Shown here piece by piece: positions 52,661 through 63,155 of a DNA stretch of 63,155 nucleotides (position 1 is its first letter; each line of letters begins with the position of its first letter). Under the pieces are notes generated by a model. It worked only from the letters and a program-made list of their open reading frames with translations. It made no database searches and was not told the DNA's origin. Both the position numbers and the translations under genes were made by a program. The stretch comes from Octopus bimaculoides (Eukaryota). Location: NCBI RefSeq assembly GCF_001194135.2, contig NC_069000.1:21593381-21656535 (forward strand). Reading direction: 5' to 3'.

Positions 52661-55358
52661 ACTCTCCCAACCTATGCAAGCCAGAAAAAGCTGATGCAAA
52701 AATGATCAAGAGGATAACTATGTATACATTATTGATTACACATAGAAATGACACATACACAAAGTTTTATTTTTTCATATATATCTTTTTGAAAGTCTTC
52801 AGTGGTGCCTCTTATGAACTTTGGATTATAGAACTATCAAAATCAGCATCATCAGTTAAAGTCCATGTTCTACGCTGGCATGGGTCAAGCAGTTTGAAGG
52901 ATCCAATGGGTCTGAGGACTGCATTATGCTCCAATGTCTACTTTGACATGGTTTCTATGACTGGTTACCCTTCCTGATACCAACTACTTCACAGTGTACT
53001 GGCTGCAGTTTTTCATGGCACCAACACTAGTGAAGTTGTCAAGCAGCTTGCAAGACTAAGATGCCTTTCAATTAAGTGGCACTACAGTAGAGGGTAGGGG
53101 TGGCTTTATGCTAGAAGATGAGGGAATAAAGTCTGAGAGAAGGGGCCAGAAGAAAACAAATTTCTTGCTGTAAGGGAGCTACATGGTTGATCACAAAATA
53201 GCAGAGTGTTGGAGTGGAGATAGAAAAAGATAAATATAGTGAAAAGATGTAAAGGCGTACACTCAAGATACAAGGGATGTAAAAATAAGTGTAGGTAGAA
53301 CAGGGAGTGTGGGTGAATAGAAGTTGCAAGAATATAGATGAGTGAAAGATGGTTAGAGGTGGGAATATGAGCAAAGAGGTGAATATAATGATGAACAACA
53401 AAGGAGGTGAACATACCGTAGAACAAGTTTTGAAGGATGATAATTAGAGAAGGTGGTGGATGAAGTAAATGGTGGAAAGAAATAGAAGTTAGGGGTGAGT
53501 AGAAGACAACTGGTAGCATAGAAAAAAATGAAAATATAGAACAGGAAGGGATAAAGCCCAGCAAAATCATAAATTCAAAAATTCATTAAATTATAATTAT
53601 TTGAACTGAATATAGGTAAATATCTGTGCTGATAAAGATTGTGTCCTAGAGACAGCCATCATATTATTTTACAACATAGATGGAACACTCTCTCAAAATA
53701 TAGATTTCTTCAAGTCATAACTCAAAATAATGCTTGTTGCAAAGAAATCTGCTTACAGGCATTGCCTCCATCATACAGGGAAGCACTTAGAACAAGAATT
53801 ATCTTACATTCCCATATGATTTCAATTGCTAGTTTATGCTACGTCATTCAATCACACTATGAAAAACAATGGATTGGCAGAATTTGTACAGTATGTCTCC
53901 TTATGTTGGATCCTGCCTCTGTGGAGCAAGCAGGAAGGGCACAAAAACAAGTACTAATTGAAACTTGGCAATATGATCAACTATGTCCTATCATAAAACT
54001 GAGGCCTTGTACTTATGTTAAAAATCAATATTATTGCATAATAAACCAACATTTCAGATCTGAAATACCTCCACATTGAAAATATTAATTTGACCAGATC
54101 TCAGCTTCTTTTGAATAGAATTTACTCTAAAAGACAATATCAGTTATCATTTTAATACTTTGGAAAGGTATGCTCTGAACTTTTCAGTGGAGAGCTTTGA
54201 GAGGTTTCATCCCAACCTCTGATTTTCATTTTGGCTTCCTTTTTCTTTCAATCCTCCATGTTCTGGTCCTACTCAAAGTGGGTTGGGGTAGAATAGAGAG
54301 GCTACATACATGCAAGAGATATCATGTGTAAAATAGAGGAAGAAGTGTGTGACTGAGTGTAAATGGGTTAGTGTGTGAATATAGTAGCATGTATGAATGT
54401 ATTATTGAGTATATCTCCGATTGCAGGTGTGCCTGAGAGTGAGAGAGTAAGTATATGAGTATTTGTGAAAGTATGTCTATATGAGAAGGTGTGCATGAAT
54501 GCATGCTAGCGTCAGGGAATGAATGAATGAATGCACATGAGCTAATGTGGGTGAGTTAGGGCATTATGTTACAGTGAGTGACTGTTAATATGTTAGCGAA
54601 TATAAGTGTGTTATTAGTGTATGTGAATGAGTACAAGTGTGACACTGAAAGCAAGAATGTTACACATGTATGAGTGAATGTGTGTGTAAGTGCGTTTGAG
54701 TGTGGGTAAGTGCATTAGCGTACGTGGATGAGCAACTTAATGTGAGTGGGTGATCGCGTTAGGTGGGTTGAATGCATGTGTGTGTGTGTGTGTGTGAAAG
54801 AACGAGTATGTGAGTGCCCACGTGCATTAACATATGTGGGAGAGTGCGTTAGAGTATGAGTGTGCGTGCGATAGTGTGGGTGCGTGCCCGCGTACATTAG
54901 TATGGGGGGAAATGCGTTAGAATATGTGAGTGCCCGCGTTCATGAGCATGTGTGGGTGAGTGCATCAGTGTTAGGAGGAGAACTGCATTAGTGTGAGTGT
55001 GTTAAATATTGTGCGAATGTGCGAATGAGCGTTAGTGTTGCTTTGCATTACGCAACAAAAATTTTTCCATTCCCCACCTTCCAGTCTTGCATGGTTGTCA
55101 GAGTGGGCAGCAAATTCGTGTAGCGTAACATTCGGATTTATCTTAAACCGAAATAAAGACTTGATTATAGTGCAATCTCGGCGTTGAAGACAAAAAAGTC
55201 CATACCACTATCACACACACACACACACAGCATAACGATAGACTTTTCCACTGATGAGTTTTGTGACGACAAGGAAGCAGCCAAGTTGCGACATTCATTC
55301 GGTCTTTTCCAAAGACACTAAACAGACATTAGCAGCATACATACACAAACCTACATTA

Positions 55359-55359
<1 letters not shown>

Positions 55360-55399
<40 letters not shown>
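55360..55399 (+). repeat. 40-nt poly(A) tract in otherwise unique sequence
   Basis: Directly visible. No SINE or LINE body was recognised immediately upstream. Confidence 0.9.
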
Positions 55400-55401
<2 letters not shown>

Positions 55402-56329
55402 ATCCAACTATTTAAATATTATTTCAAACCATTTCTTAAAAAATTGTCATCAAAGAAATTACAGAAAAACAAGCATGACATCCAAGTATGAGTCCATTAT
55501 TAAATTGTTTGACCTCGCTAGGTGGTTAAAACGGAAGAACTCTAGTTATGATGACAGTTGTAATTGTTTTGAGAAGTTATTTTGTACTGCGTTGTGGGTT
55601 TTCTTTTTTTTCTCCTTTTTCCACACTCACTCTTTTTACGTAACATTTTTATTTTTACTTCGCCACACTAACACGGGTAAGGAAGAACAAAGAGAAGGAG
55701 AAAAAGAAGAGAAAGGTGTTAGAAAGAGAAAGAGGGGGTAAGGGCGAAAAAAGATTTCTTCGCTCACAACATAAAACTGTCTACACCCAAGCCAGCCAGA
55801 ACCATTACACAGAACCAAGCGACAAAGATGAACCACTTTTCCTCTCATTAAACAGTTGTCATCCCGCCCCCAACTCAAAGACACAAGGTGGGGGTGGGAG
55901 GACGAAAAAAGAAAAAGTACGATGCACAGAATTAGATGAGTTAGGGAGTGGGGGTACCTCAGTGTCAGGAGATGAACCTGCAAGTGCATAAGAACTTGTC
56001 GGCGCGCATAGTTAATATTATAAATTCATAGGTTATGTAACAAATATTAAATTACTTGTTTTTAATTTTCGCTCGTAAACCGCCTTCTTTTTTTTTATAG
56101 GTTTCAGAGATACTAACAAGAGCCTATTTCAACTTATAATGAAGGCAAAAATAGTGCCCACGAGCGAGAGATTCCTCCACCCCTGGAGTAAACGATAGGG
56201 GTAGATAGAACGAAGCAGTACGAGGAGGTTTAAAAGTATCCTAAGGCTGACGAACAATTATTCTAATAAACCCCGACCAACTACACAAACACAGATTTTC
56301 TTTCTTTTTCAAATTACAACACAGCTTAC

Positions 56330-56690
56330 CTGACCTGTGAAGTCCAAATAGTTGAATTTTTTTAAAAACATTTTCTTTGGACATATTGCAAAACTAGATT
56401 TACTTAAAATCTCCAAAAGACTTCAACTTTGGCTTTTGCATAATGTTAAAATTTTATGTCCAGTTAATTTTTCTTTTTCCTTTTTATCTATTGAATTTTC
56501 TTTCTTTATGTTTTCCACATTTTTTTTTTCTTCTTCGTTTTTTTTTTTTTCCAGTAATTTGTTTTCTTTCCCACTAACCCACCAGCTGCAAAATCTGCGG
56601 ACAGAAATCAGATTGGTATCGATTGTTCTAGCAGCACAGTGCGCGTGTGTATGTGACATCATCGTTATTATTTTAACTTTATGTAAGCCT
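56330..56690 (-). other. Candidate non-coding first exon of a minus-strand gene (5' limit approximate)
   Basis: Near-consensus donor GTCAG|gtaagc at 56330, repeat-free CpG-retaining context, and a CT-rich block upstream on the minus strand at 57320-58150. Confidence 0.4.
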
Positions 56691-57319
56691 TGTAGTTGTT
56701 TGTTCCTTTTCTTCTTCCAGACTTTTCCCCCCCNNNNNNNNNNNNNNNNNNNNNNNNNNNNNNNNNNNNNNNNNNNNNNNNNNNNNNNNNNNNNNNNNNN
56801 NNNNNNNNNNNNNNNNNNNNNNNNNNNNNNNNNNNNNNNNNNNNNNNNNNNNNNNNNNNNNNNNNNNNNNNNNNNNNNNNNNNNNNNNNNNNNNNNNNNN
56901 NNNNNNNNNNNNNNNNNNNNNNNNNNNNNNNNNNNNNNNNNNNNNNNNNNNNNNNNNNNNNNNNNNNNNNNNNNNNNNNNNNNNNNAAAATAGTAATGCC
57001 AAATTAAAATTGGTTAGAAACAGGAGACAAGATCGAACAGGATTGCAATCGAACTTAAAAGTGATAAATTGATAATTGGTATAGTAAAAAGAACATGTGT
57101 TGAGGCATGTCTAATAGTTTCTTTTCTACGTTTGTTTGTTTGTTTTTTTTTTTTTAACTTACGTGTAAATAAAATTTAAAAAATAAAATAATTAAAACGA
57201 ATGCGAAGGACACAGGTTGTGTGTGAAAGGGGAAAAAATTTTTTCATCGAAAATGCAGCTACAAACGTAGCAGGTTGAAAACAGCGGCCAACTTGATACA
57301 ATTACAGATTACGCAATTG

Positions 57320-58150
57320 ATCAGACGGAGATGGGGAAAGAGAAATAGTGGTGCGCGAGTGAGATGGGGAGAAAGAGAGTAGGAGAAGAGCGAAGGAGGA
57401 AGGAGGTGATTAGACAGAAGTTATAACACGACAGTAAGAGAGAGATGGGTGGGGGGAGTTAAAACTACGAACGGAAAAGGAAGACGGGTGAATGAAATAG
57501 AGAGAGTGAGGGGGAAAGTTATAAAGGGGAAGAGAGGGAGGGATACAGAAAAATAAGATGTTAATGAGAGGGGAAGACAAACGTAGACAGAGCATTGATA
57601 TATAAAATAGGAGGGAGAGAGTGAGTGAGTGAGTGAAGGTGGCAACAGTGAAGAAAAATTGGAAAGACGGAGGGGGAAGGCGTGAAGGTGGCAACTGTGA
57701 GGAGACATAGGAGAAACGGAGGGAGGGAGTGAAGGTGAAAAGACATTGGAGGGAGGGATAGAGAGAGGGTGAAGGTACCTACTGTGTGGAGAGATGGGAG
57801 GAGTAAGAGAAAAGAGTGGAATGAATAGAGGCGGGGAAGGAGAAATGTGAAAACAAAAAAATGAGGTGGGGGAGGAAATATGAACAGACAGAAGAGAGGT
57901 GGGGGGAATGGAGAAAAGAGTTTTAAAGGAAAATTAGAGGATGGATCAGAGGAAGGAGGAGGTGACAGTACTGAAAAAAACAGAGGAGAGGGGGGAGAAA
58001 GACAGGAAAGGTGGTGGTGGGGGAACATAGTGAAGTAATTCATAGAGTAAAAGAGGGCAGAACAGAAACAGAAAACGGGACTGAGAGGGACGGGAGAGGA
58101 GGAGGATAAAGAGAGAAAGGACAAATAAAAGATGAGAGAAAAAAGACGCA
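57320..58150 (+). repeat. Polypurine low-complexity block with internal imperfect repeats (gtgaaggtggcaac)
   Basis: Strong A/G strand bias. gtgaaggt recurs near 57633, 57682, 57730 and 57770. Confidence 0.8.
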
Positions 58151-58288
58151 GGGACAGGAGTGGTTGTGTGGTAAGAACTTTGCATCCCAACTACATGGTC
58201 CCGAGTTCAGTCCCACCTTAGGCTACCTGTCATCACCTATAGCCGCAAGCCAACTAGTCTTGAGTGTTAGACAGAAACTGAAAGTCTA

Positions 58289-58325
<37 letters not shown>

Positions 58326-58526
58326 TGCGATTAGACTACGGTTATGATAAGGTGCCACCTCCAAGGGTTTTAGTCGATCTCAGTACTCATTTCTGTCTGG
58401 TAATTGCCTTGTTAATCTCTACGTTTCGAATTACTATCACAGACGACACATACAACATCGGTTAAAGGTATAAACACACACACACACACAAAAAAAAATA
58501 TATATATATATACACACGCACACACA

Positions 58527-58690
58527 CACACACACATTTGTTCCCTCACCTGTCATCTTTTGTTTTCTATAAATTGAAACTACACACACACACACACACA
58601 AAATATATACACACGCACACACACATTTGTTCCCTTACCTGTCATCATCTTTTGTTTTCTATAAATTGGAATTACACACACACACATCCT
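58527..58690. repeat. Local tandem duplication (about 90-bp period)
   Basis: cacatttgttccc(t/c)..cctgtcatc..ttttgttttctataaattg.aa.tacacacacac occurs twice. Confidence 0.85.
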
Positions 58691-59319
58691 CATGAAGCTA
58701 AAGTAAGTTTATTGAATAAAATACATGTGAAACTATGTACAAATCATTTACCGAAACAGATATAGAAAAAGAGAGAGAATGTGAACTTGGTTTTTATGGA
58801 AAACTACAGTCTCGTCTAGTCTACCGTCTTCATCAGGACTAAGGTTATACTTTCCCAACAGGCAAAGTGACGTCAAAGTATGTCGTCGGATCTCTGTATT
58901 CAACAAGTTACTCCGCATGGTACTAGGTAACTCGGTCTCCAGAAAGTAGCTATCAATTATTTCTTAAATATCACTCTCTATCTAAGAGGAAAATATTGGA
59001 CAATGTATTTCTTGATACACAAAAAGACGGAATGATCAAAAGTGCATTTAATTGGGGCTGATCACTCGACTAGGTAGAAATAGCTGCCGAATTTTCGTCA
59101 CATCACGTTTCTATCCTAAATTAGAAGATATAACACGAAATAACATATATATAAAGAAAGTGAAAACCAACAGGAGAGCAATGACTGGTTCTCCTAGTAG
59201 ATATAATTTGTGTCCAAATAAGCACACATTTTGGGCGTACAAACATGAAAGAAAATGCTCCTAGTTTATCGCTTCTTGTTTTCTAAACGCCTGAATGAAC
59301 GCAATTATCATTATTTTTA

Positions 59320-59580
59320 TCATTATGGCCGAGTTCCAACCCGGGCCGCAGCAACAAAGTCCACCCGCCACACTCCTCGGTCCAACACCACCTTCTCGAG
59401 GTCCTGGATACATTCCAAGCCACTGTCTGCGAATAAGTCGTTGATGTGTGACGATGTTTTGCTCTTCGTGCATCCCCATGAACAGGGTTCCACTAAACTA
59501 ATTTGGATGCCTCCAGTTCAGGGTGGCGCACGCAGTGACCACATAGTCGCAGCCATCTTTGCCTGATCTTCTCGCTAACT
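59320..59580 (-). mobile_element. 3' end of a second RTE-like LINE family
   Basis: Minus-strand SEKIRQRWLRLCGHCVRHPELEASKLV*WNPVHG, typical of the RTE C-terminal RLR..GH..R motif. Confidence 0.75.
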
Positions 59581-60965
59581 TTCTCCATAAAGGCATTCGT
59601 TTGTGATATGTCGCCACCATTTCACATTTAGAACCAACTGCAAATCATACTCGTGCGCGCGGGATAAACAGGGGGTTTCCAAATCCGCGTTAGGCTATCT
59701 ACTGTTGTCTCTACTCGGGACACTTATGGTCAGTCTACACAACTGTCGACATGAAATAGAATCTAAATCCTCTAGAAAGGTCACTGTATACCACGAGAAG
59801 AAAGGTGTCTGGCATTCGCTTCATGCTAAGAAACACTAGCCAGGACGACCAGCCTTAGAAGTAATGCTTTTGATAAATTTCTGATTAATCTAGTCAGTCT
59901 TAACTGAGCAGACTCGTCGTCAAATGTCAACCACTCATGACAACGTTTGACTTTTCTTTCTCTCTTTCTAAATCAAGCTTTGTCCCAAACTATTAGAAAG
60001 GTTCGCGTGCATAGAGCATAATTTCACAAGGAATCTTTCATATTTTACTTGGTTCAGTCACTTGGTGTTTTAGTCGAACGAATTGAACCCAGTACTTGTC
60101 TTTTATAAACCTGGTACTTATTTCTACCAGTCTCTTAAAAAACCGAACCGCTAAGTGACGGGGACGTAAACAAGCCAACACCGGTTGTGAAGCGGTAGTG
60201 GGAGACCAACACGACCACACAAACTTCTCGTCACACAAACACACCTACGTGTATGTGTGTGTTGAAGGCACTACTTTTAACGTGTCTTTTCCATTTCAAA
60301 TAGCTATGTTGTGATCTGAAAGAAATTTGGCCATGTTGTGACACTCGCAATTGGCTCGTGACGTCATTTTCAGGCGTGTGTGTGTATGCTTGTGTATGCG
60401 CGCGCACATGCACACACTTGTGGGGTTCTTTCGAAGTTTGCACATATAACATGACGGACAATGTGGAAGCTAAAACAAATTACCGGCAACTAATCGGCAA
60501 GTATTCAAGCATTCAGTTGACAGACATCAACAATACATAGGAATACAGCAGCAAAGGTCATGAAGTCACATGAAAAGTAAATATCTGCCATGAATAAATG
60601 TTTTTGTTTTTTTTTAGGCAATCACTCTAAAAGAACGTTTTTATATTGGTGGTCACTAATATTCTATAGTCCAGTTTAATTGTTAAAAAAAAAATGAAAT
60701 AAAATGAATTAAACGAATTTTACGCAAAATCTGATTCTACAATAACCATTTGTTACACCAGTTATCTACTGAACGAAATTTCATTGCTCATTGTTAACAA
60801 TTTAAGCGCAGGCGTGACTGTGCGCTTTCCTACCACATTCTTCCAGGTTCAATCTCACTGTGATGCCTTGGGCAAGTATCTTCTACTATAGCTTCGGGCT
60901 GGCTAAAGTCTAGTGAGTGTATTAAATAGACGGAAACTTAAAGAAGCCCATCGCGCGCGTGCGTG

Positions 60966-61009
<44 letters not shown>

Positions 61010-61807
61010 TGTGTGTGTGTGTGTGTTATACACACTTCTGTGTCATTGTGATTGCCCCCCACCACCGCTTGATAACCAGTTTTGGTTTGTTTTCGTCCCT
61101 CGTAACTTACCGATTCGGCATTAGATATCGATAGAATAAGTACCAAGCTTAAAAGAACATATAAGTACTAGTGTCGATTCGTTCAAGGCCGTGTCCTAGT
61201 ACGACTGCAGTCCAATGACTGAAACAAGAAAGATATTAAAAAAAAAGATAAACTAAATTAAACGAATTTTACGCAAAATCTGATTTTACAATTATTCTTT
61301 GTTGCATCAGTTATCTATCTATAACTATTATTTCAAAGATATAAAGACTGTTTATATCTTTCACAATAATTCAGTGCAATTTGTTTCACTTCGTACGCCA
61401 TATTCGTACGTAGAAACGTCACCGCGCGCACACATATACACTCACTTCAACTTACGCCGTTTCGAGTTACGCCATTTCTTTTTTTTTTTTTTTTTAACTT
61501 TATGTCGTTCTGTTAATTTCTTAACAGTAAAAAAATAAACCTCGACTACAGTCCATTTTATCCGACTTCTCGTCGGTCTCAGAAAACATTTTAATAACAT
61601 AAAAACTGGACTGGTGGGAGGGGGGGTTACACGGAAAATCGAATAAAAGACAAGTAAAACTATGAACAAATCAATTACTGAAACAGATATAAGCTAGTAT
61701 ATAAAGGCGGTGCTCCAGCATGGCCGCAGTCAAATGCCTGAAACATAAAAGAATAATNNNNNNNNNNNNNNNNNNNNNNNNNNNNNNNNNNNNNNNNNNN
61801 NNNNNNN

Positions 61808-61869
<62 letters not shown>

Positions 61870-63155
61870 GCGCCGAAAGTGTACTCTGTTGAAGGCAACC
61901 AAAAGGCCAGGTAGTGGTGTTAAACTGACAACGGGTGAAATCCGCTACTCGCGAAATTATCGCCGTTTACAAACACGCAATGCCATCACAAGTTTCATCG
62001 GATTCGAATTGCTTCACTGCAGATATTAAATGGAGACCGCTCAACCGAACAACAGTACACTATATTTAACGAATGTCTCGTTTAGAGTTGCAATGATGAC
62101 ATCAAGATCCTCTGGAGAAGGCAAGAGATCATGTCCGGCATTCTTCAATTATTGCTCAACATACGAGTCAACAGAGAATGAAATGGCCATCGAGAGCGGT
62201 GTAGCGCTGCACGAAAGATATTAACAAACAGGCTATTAATGAATCCTAGAGAAGACTTTCTTCCTTCACTTTCAGAGAAAGAAGCAGGGTTAAGGTTAGG
62301 GTTAGGGTTATCTGTTTTAGATTTAGTTCCGGCTCTTGGAATGCATATGTTCATCTTGTTTTTCTACAGCTGTTTTCCAAGTCTAGAAATCCGAAAAGAC
62401 CGCATTCTTTCCTATTAGTGTCACATCCACATATGTCTTATTGCCAAAATGCCTTCCATGTATGCAAAATACTTGGGTCATTTGTTTATATTTTTTAACT
62501 TTCACTTATTTCAGTCAATGGACTGCGGCCATCCTGTAATTCTTTTATTTTTAAGTTTGTCGGTGTCTCTGACGAATCGCTGGATTACGGAGACGTAAAC
62601 AAACCAAGGTTATCAAGTGGAAGGGTGGACAAACACAAAGACACACAAATCCACTGACAAAGCTTTGGTCGAAGTAGGACTATAATCCAAGATATTTGCC
62701 CATGGTGCCATACAGTGTGACTGTCATTTTTTTATACATATCTTATTCTCTTCGCTCATTTATACTCCAGCAGCTTTTTGTAGTTGACGCCACCAAGCCG
62801 AACAATATGACCGATAAAGCGTAGAAATTGCGATGGTTTTTCGGTCGATAACTGATGAGGGATGTGTGTGTCCACGTCCTTTGTACGTTCTGCCGTTTTC
62901 CGGATGTTTAACTACTGTACCATGTTTGCCTGTTATCTCTCTGCACAGACACACGTTCGAAAGTCATGACCCCGACCGCTATCCTAAGTTTCTAGCTTGT
63001 GTCCTTTTGAATACACTCGAAACAAATGAGTGGTCTCCGGCTGGCTAAACTTACGCGTATTGAATACTTTCTCTCATGTCTGTAAACTAAAGTGTGTGTG
63101 CATGTATATGTATATATGTGTGTGTGTGTATATAAATATATATATAAATAAATAA

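Noticed and set aside
53639-54079. 146-aa ORF in non-repeat sequence
   Set aside because: Starts at TTG, has no recognisable motif or coding-like composition, and no splice support.
58803-58840. Minus-strand CTGATGAAGAC...GAGAC hammerhead-like motif
   Set aside because: GAAA is replaced by GAGA, stem II is mismatched and stem I does not pair.
62850-62885. CTGATGAG followed by a good stem (ggatgtg/cacgtcc)
   Set aside because: No GAAA follows the stem, so it is not a hammerhead.

Overview
This is AT-rich, repeat-dense animal genomic scaffold with several N gaps, not prokaryotic DNA. The tRNA-derived SINE families and microsatellite load look like an octopus (coleoid cephalopod) genome; this is pattern recognition, not a database result. 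Almost all supplied ORFs are microsatellite or gap artefacts. Supported genic content: (1) the first coding exon of RNA polymerase subunit RPB8/POLR2H (37401-37473, +), with no downstream exons found; (2) two paralogous, phase-0, stop-containing transmembrane exons (5941-6063 and 9394-9504, +) that look like duplicated alternative last exons of an unidentified membrane-protein gene, plus a candidate 15-nt microexon; (3) candidate 5' exons of an unidentified minus-strand gene facing POLR2H. Mobile DNA includes a full-length decayed RAG1-related Chapaev3-type transposon with intact TTA target duplication, RTE and CR1-group LINE remnants, a Helitron Pif1 fragment, hAT, mariner and piggyBac MITEs, and head-to-tail SINE arrays. 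A minimal type I hammerhead ribozyme fold lies at 177-225. The best leads are the duplicated TM tail exons, the hammerhead variant, and the orphan POLR2H exon facing an opposite-strand gene.
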